Source: Blastocatellia bacterium
GTDB lineage: Bacteria > Acidobacteriota > Blastocatellia > Pyrinomonadales > Pyrinomonadaceae
Assembly (NCBI GenBank): GCA_003487805.1
Contig: DNNE01000065.1
Span: 56,349 to 120,348, forward strand
DNA length: 64,000 nucleotides
Reading direction: 5' to 3'
Notes under the pieces: generated by a model
The model's database searches: none
Told to the model about the DNA's origin: nothing
Seen by the model: the letters and a program-made list of their open reading frames with translations, nothing else
Shown: piece by piece, positions 62,041 through 64,000 of the stretch
Layout of the letters: each line of letters begins with the position of its first letter
Position numbering within the stretch: position 1 is the stretch's first letter
Made by a program: the position numbers and the translations under genes

Positions 62041-62212
62041 CGAAACTCTCCTGCGCGAGAAATAATCCAGAACTCGCGTAGGATTGTAGCGGTGAAGGCA
62101 AGGTCAGAAGCGCCGGTTCAGTACCTCGGGTCGATGAAATGACTTAGCTGGATTTGCAATCAGCTCAGCTTGGCTACTGCCACTCAATCATTTTAACCAT
62201 TGACTCATTGAT

Positions 62213-62259
62213 CCAATGAATCAATGAGCCAATGAATCAATGAGCCAATGAATCAATAG
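62213..62259. repeat. tandem 16-mer CCAATGAATCAATGAG x2.9
   Basis: Units at 62213-62228, 62229-62244 and 62245-62259. The last unit contains the stop codon and final codon of the acyl-CoA dehydrogenase gene. Confidence 0.9.
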
Positions 62260-63998
62260 ACATACTTGTTCGCTTCGATCATCGCGTTCGCGATTCGTTG
62301 TCGCGCGGCGACGGTATTGATCGGCGTCATCTTGGTGAAGCGACGCAGCGCGGCCAGCAGCGTACGCAACTCGTCGCCATCCGACATCGCCGCCAGAGTG
62401 TTTTTCGCGTGCGCTTCGATCCGCTCGACTGCATCGTTGCAAAAGACGCGGGTCATGTCGACGAAGGGCTCGGCGGCTTTCTCGCCTTGTGACGCGGCGA
62501 CCTTCTGCGCGCGCAGAATCGCCGACTCCATCGCAAAGCCGTCCATGATGATGTCCGCGACGCCGATCAGAATTTCCTGCTGATCGCTGAGCCCCATCAT
62601 GTACTTCTGCGCCGCGGTACCGAGCGTCATCAGCGCAACCTTCTTGGCATTCTGTGCGAGCTTCATCTCAGTCGCCAAAAGACTTTCGTCCGTGTCGAAC
62701 GAAGGCATTGAAGGCGAAAGAATCTCATCCATTAACCCTTGCGCAGCAGGCAGTAACGCGAGCCGGCCACTCAGGGCGGCCTTCATCAAGCGGCCCGGAA
62801 TCAACATGCGATTGATTTCGTTTGTGCCTTCAAAGATGCGATTGATGCGCGTGTCGCGATACGCGCGCTCCGCCGGATAATCGGCCGAGTAACCGTAACC
62901 GCCAAATATCTGGACCATCTCGTCCGTGATGTAATTGCAGTATTCAGAGAGCGCGACTTTGATGATGGAACATTCCGCGGCGTACTCCTCGATCGCTTTC
63001 AAGCGCGCATCCATGTCTTTCGAATCTTTGATCGCGCCCAGGCCTTCCTCGATCATCCCGAGCGTGCGATAGGTCATCGCTTCGCCGACCCAGGTGCGAA
63101 TCGCCATCTCGCCCAGCTTTGATTTGATTGCGCCGAACGACGAGATCGATTTACCAAACTGTTTGCGTTCGTTGGCATACCTCACCGACTCAGTCAGCGC
63201 GAGCTTCATTCCGCCCAAACACATGGCGCCCAGTTTGAATCGCCCGATGTTAAGTATGTTGAAAGCGATTTTGTGACCTTTGCCGACTTCGCCAAGCAAG
63301 TTTTCGATCGGTGCTTTGGCATCGGCGAGAATCAGCGGCGTCGTGCTCGAACCCTTGATGCCCATCTTGTGTTCTTCCGCGCCGGGCTGGCAGCCTTCCT
63401 GCCGCTCGACAATGAACGCGGTGAATTTGTCGCCATCGACTTTCGCGAACACGACATAGATGTCGGCGAAGCCGCCGTTGGTGATGAACATCTTCTCGCC
63501 ATTGAGAACATATTCTTTGCCGTCGTCGCTCAGTTTCGCGGTGGCTTTCGCGGCCATCGCGTCTGAGCCTGATCCCGCTTCCGTCAGAGCGTATGCCGTG
63601 ATCAATTCTCCCGTGGCAATCCTGGGAAGATATTTTTGCTTCGCCGCTTCAGTGCCGAAGTAAACGATCGGCATCAAGCCTATGCCGCTTTGCGCGCCGA
63701 GCGTGGTGGCGAATGAAGCGGACCGTCCGAGATTTTCAGCGATCAGCGCGCCGCTGGTTTGATCCAACGCCAGCCCGCCGTATTCTTCCGGGATACCCGC
63801 GCCGACCAGACCGAGATCGGCCGCCTGCTTCACTAATTCGCGCGCCAGCTTCCAATCCTTATTTTCCAGTTCGTTGATGCGCGGCAGGACTTCCGCGTCC
63901 ATAAATTGACGCGTGGTGTCGGCAATCATGCGATGCTCTTCGTTGAAGTCTTCAGGCGTGAAGATCTCGGAAGGCGTGCGCTGTTCGATGAGAAAGCT
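62253..63998 (-). CDS. long-type acyl-CoA dehydrogenase (FadE-like); 5' end runs off the window
   Basis: ...EEYGGLALDQ..., YALTEAGSGSDA, GEKMFITNGGFAD, ...IFGGYGYSADYPAERAYRDTRINRIFEGTNEI. The frame stays open upstream of Met 63929 (..FTPEDFNEEHRM) up to the window edge. Confidence 0.85.
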   Translation of the reverse strand, partial: SFLIEQRTPSEIFTPEDFNEEHRMIADTTRQFMDAEVLPRINELENKDWKLARELVKQAADLGLVGAGIPEEYGGLALDQTSGALIAENLGRSASFATTLGAQSGIGLMPIVYFGTEAAKQKYLPRIATGELITAYALTEAGSGSDAMAAKATAKLSDDGKEYVLNGEKMFITNGGFADIYVVFAKVDGDKFTAFIVERQEGCQPGAEEHKMGIKGSSTTPLILADAKAPIENLLGEVGKGHKIAFNILNIGRFKLGAMCLGGMKLALTESVRYANERKQFGKSISSFGAIKSKLGEMAIRTWVGEAMTYRTLGMIEEGLGAIKDSKDMDARLKAIEEYAAECSIIKVALSEYCNYITDEMVQIFGGYGYSADYPAERAYRDTRINRIFEGTNEINRMLIPGRLMKAALSGRLALLPAAQGLMDEILSPSMPSFDTDESLLATEMKLAQNAKKVALMTLGTAAQKYMMGLSDQQEILIGVADIIMDGFAMESAILRAQKVAASQGEKAAEPFVDMTRVFCNDAVERIEAHAKNTLAAMSDGDELRTLLAALRRFTKMTPINTVAARQRIANAMIEANKYVY

Positions 63999-64000
63999 TC

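Overview
64-kb chromosomal window with about 55 protein-coding genes. I saw no rRNA, tRNA or CRISPR array. All domain calls come from by-eye motif recognition in the supplied translations; no searches were run.

Gene content suggests a soil Acidobacteriota-like genome (inference). The evidence is carboxypeptidase-regulatory-like repeat proteins, DUF4214/Calx-beta secreted giants, a TIGR02436/Avd-like four-helix-bundle gene, and very abundant nested-hairpin intergenic repeats.

Housekeeping genes include an acyl-CoA mutase large subunit, dcd, dut, prmC, htrA, a HIT protein, murA, aroK, aroA, carD/cdnL, a CNNM/CorC transporter and an acyl-CoA dehydrogenase.

Accessory or unusual content, in window order:
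1. A TetR-MFP-RND operon whose RND permease ORF runs in frame, with no stop, into a TolC-like outer-membrane factor through an internal signal-peptide-like segment.
2. A visibly AT-richer island (about 12.5-18.9 kb). It holds a small Sec-signal peptide gene with a duplicated GEIPSPPC motif, divergent from a TPR + Fis-type HTH + C-terminal receiver regulator. I flag this as a candidate peptide/receptor signalling pair. Three consecutively damaged secreted-protein genes follow it.
3. A Y_Y_Y sensor kinase / NarL-type regulator next to a 1190-aa beta-helix/Calx-beta/DUF4214 protein.
4. A 3.3-kb two-gene cassette between dcd and dut, bounded by direct repeats that duplicate the dut leader.
5. A divergent pair of B12-binding-type radical SAM enzymes, with a terminator-containing leader and a nearby O-methyltransferase.
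6. A small decayed toxin-antitoxin / HEPN-like islet.
7. An RsbW-like kinase with two tandem STAS antagonists.
8. Several families of intergenic palindromes. One arm of one family is embedded in the RND coding sequence.

Nothing here can be proven novel from sequence alone. The peptide + TPR-HTH-REC pair, the RND-OMF fusion and the radical-SAM locus are the best candidates for follow-up.
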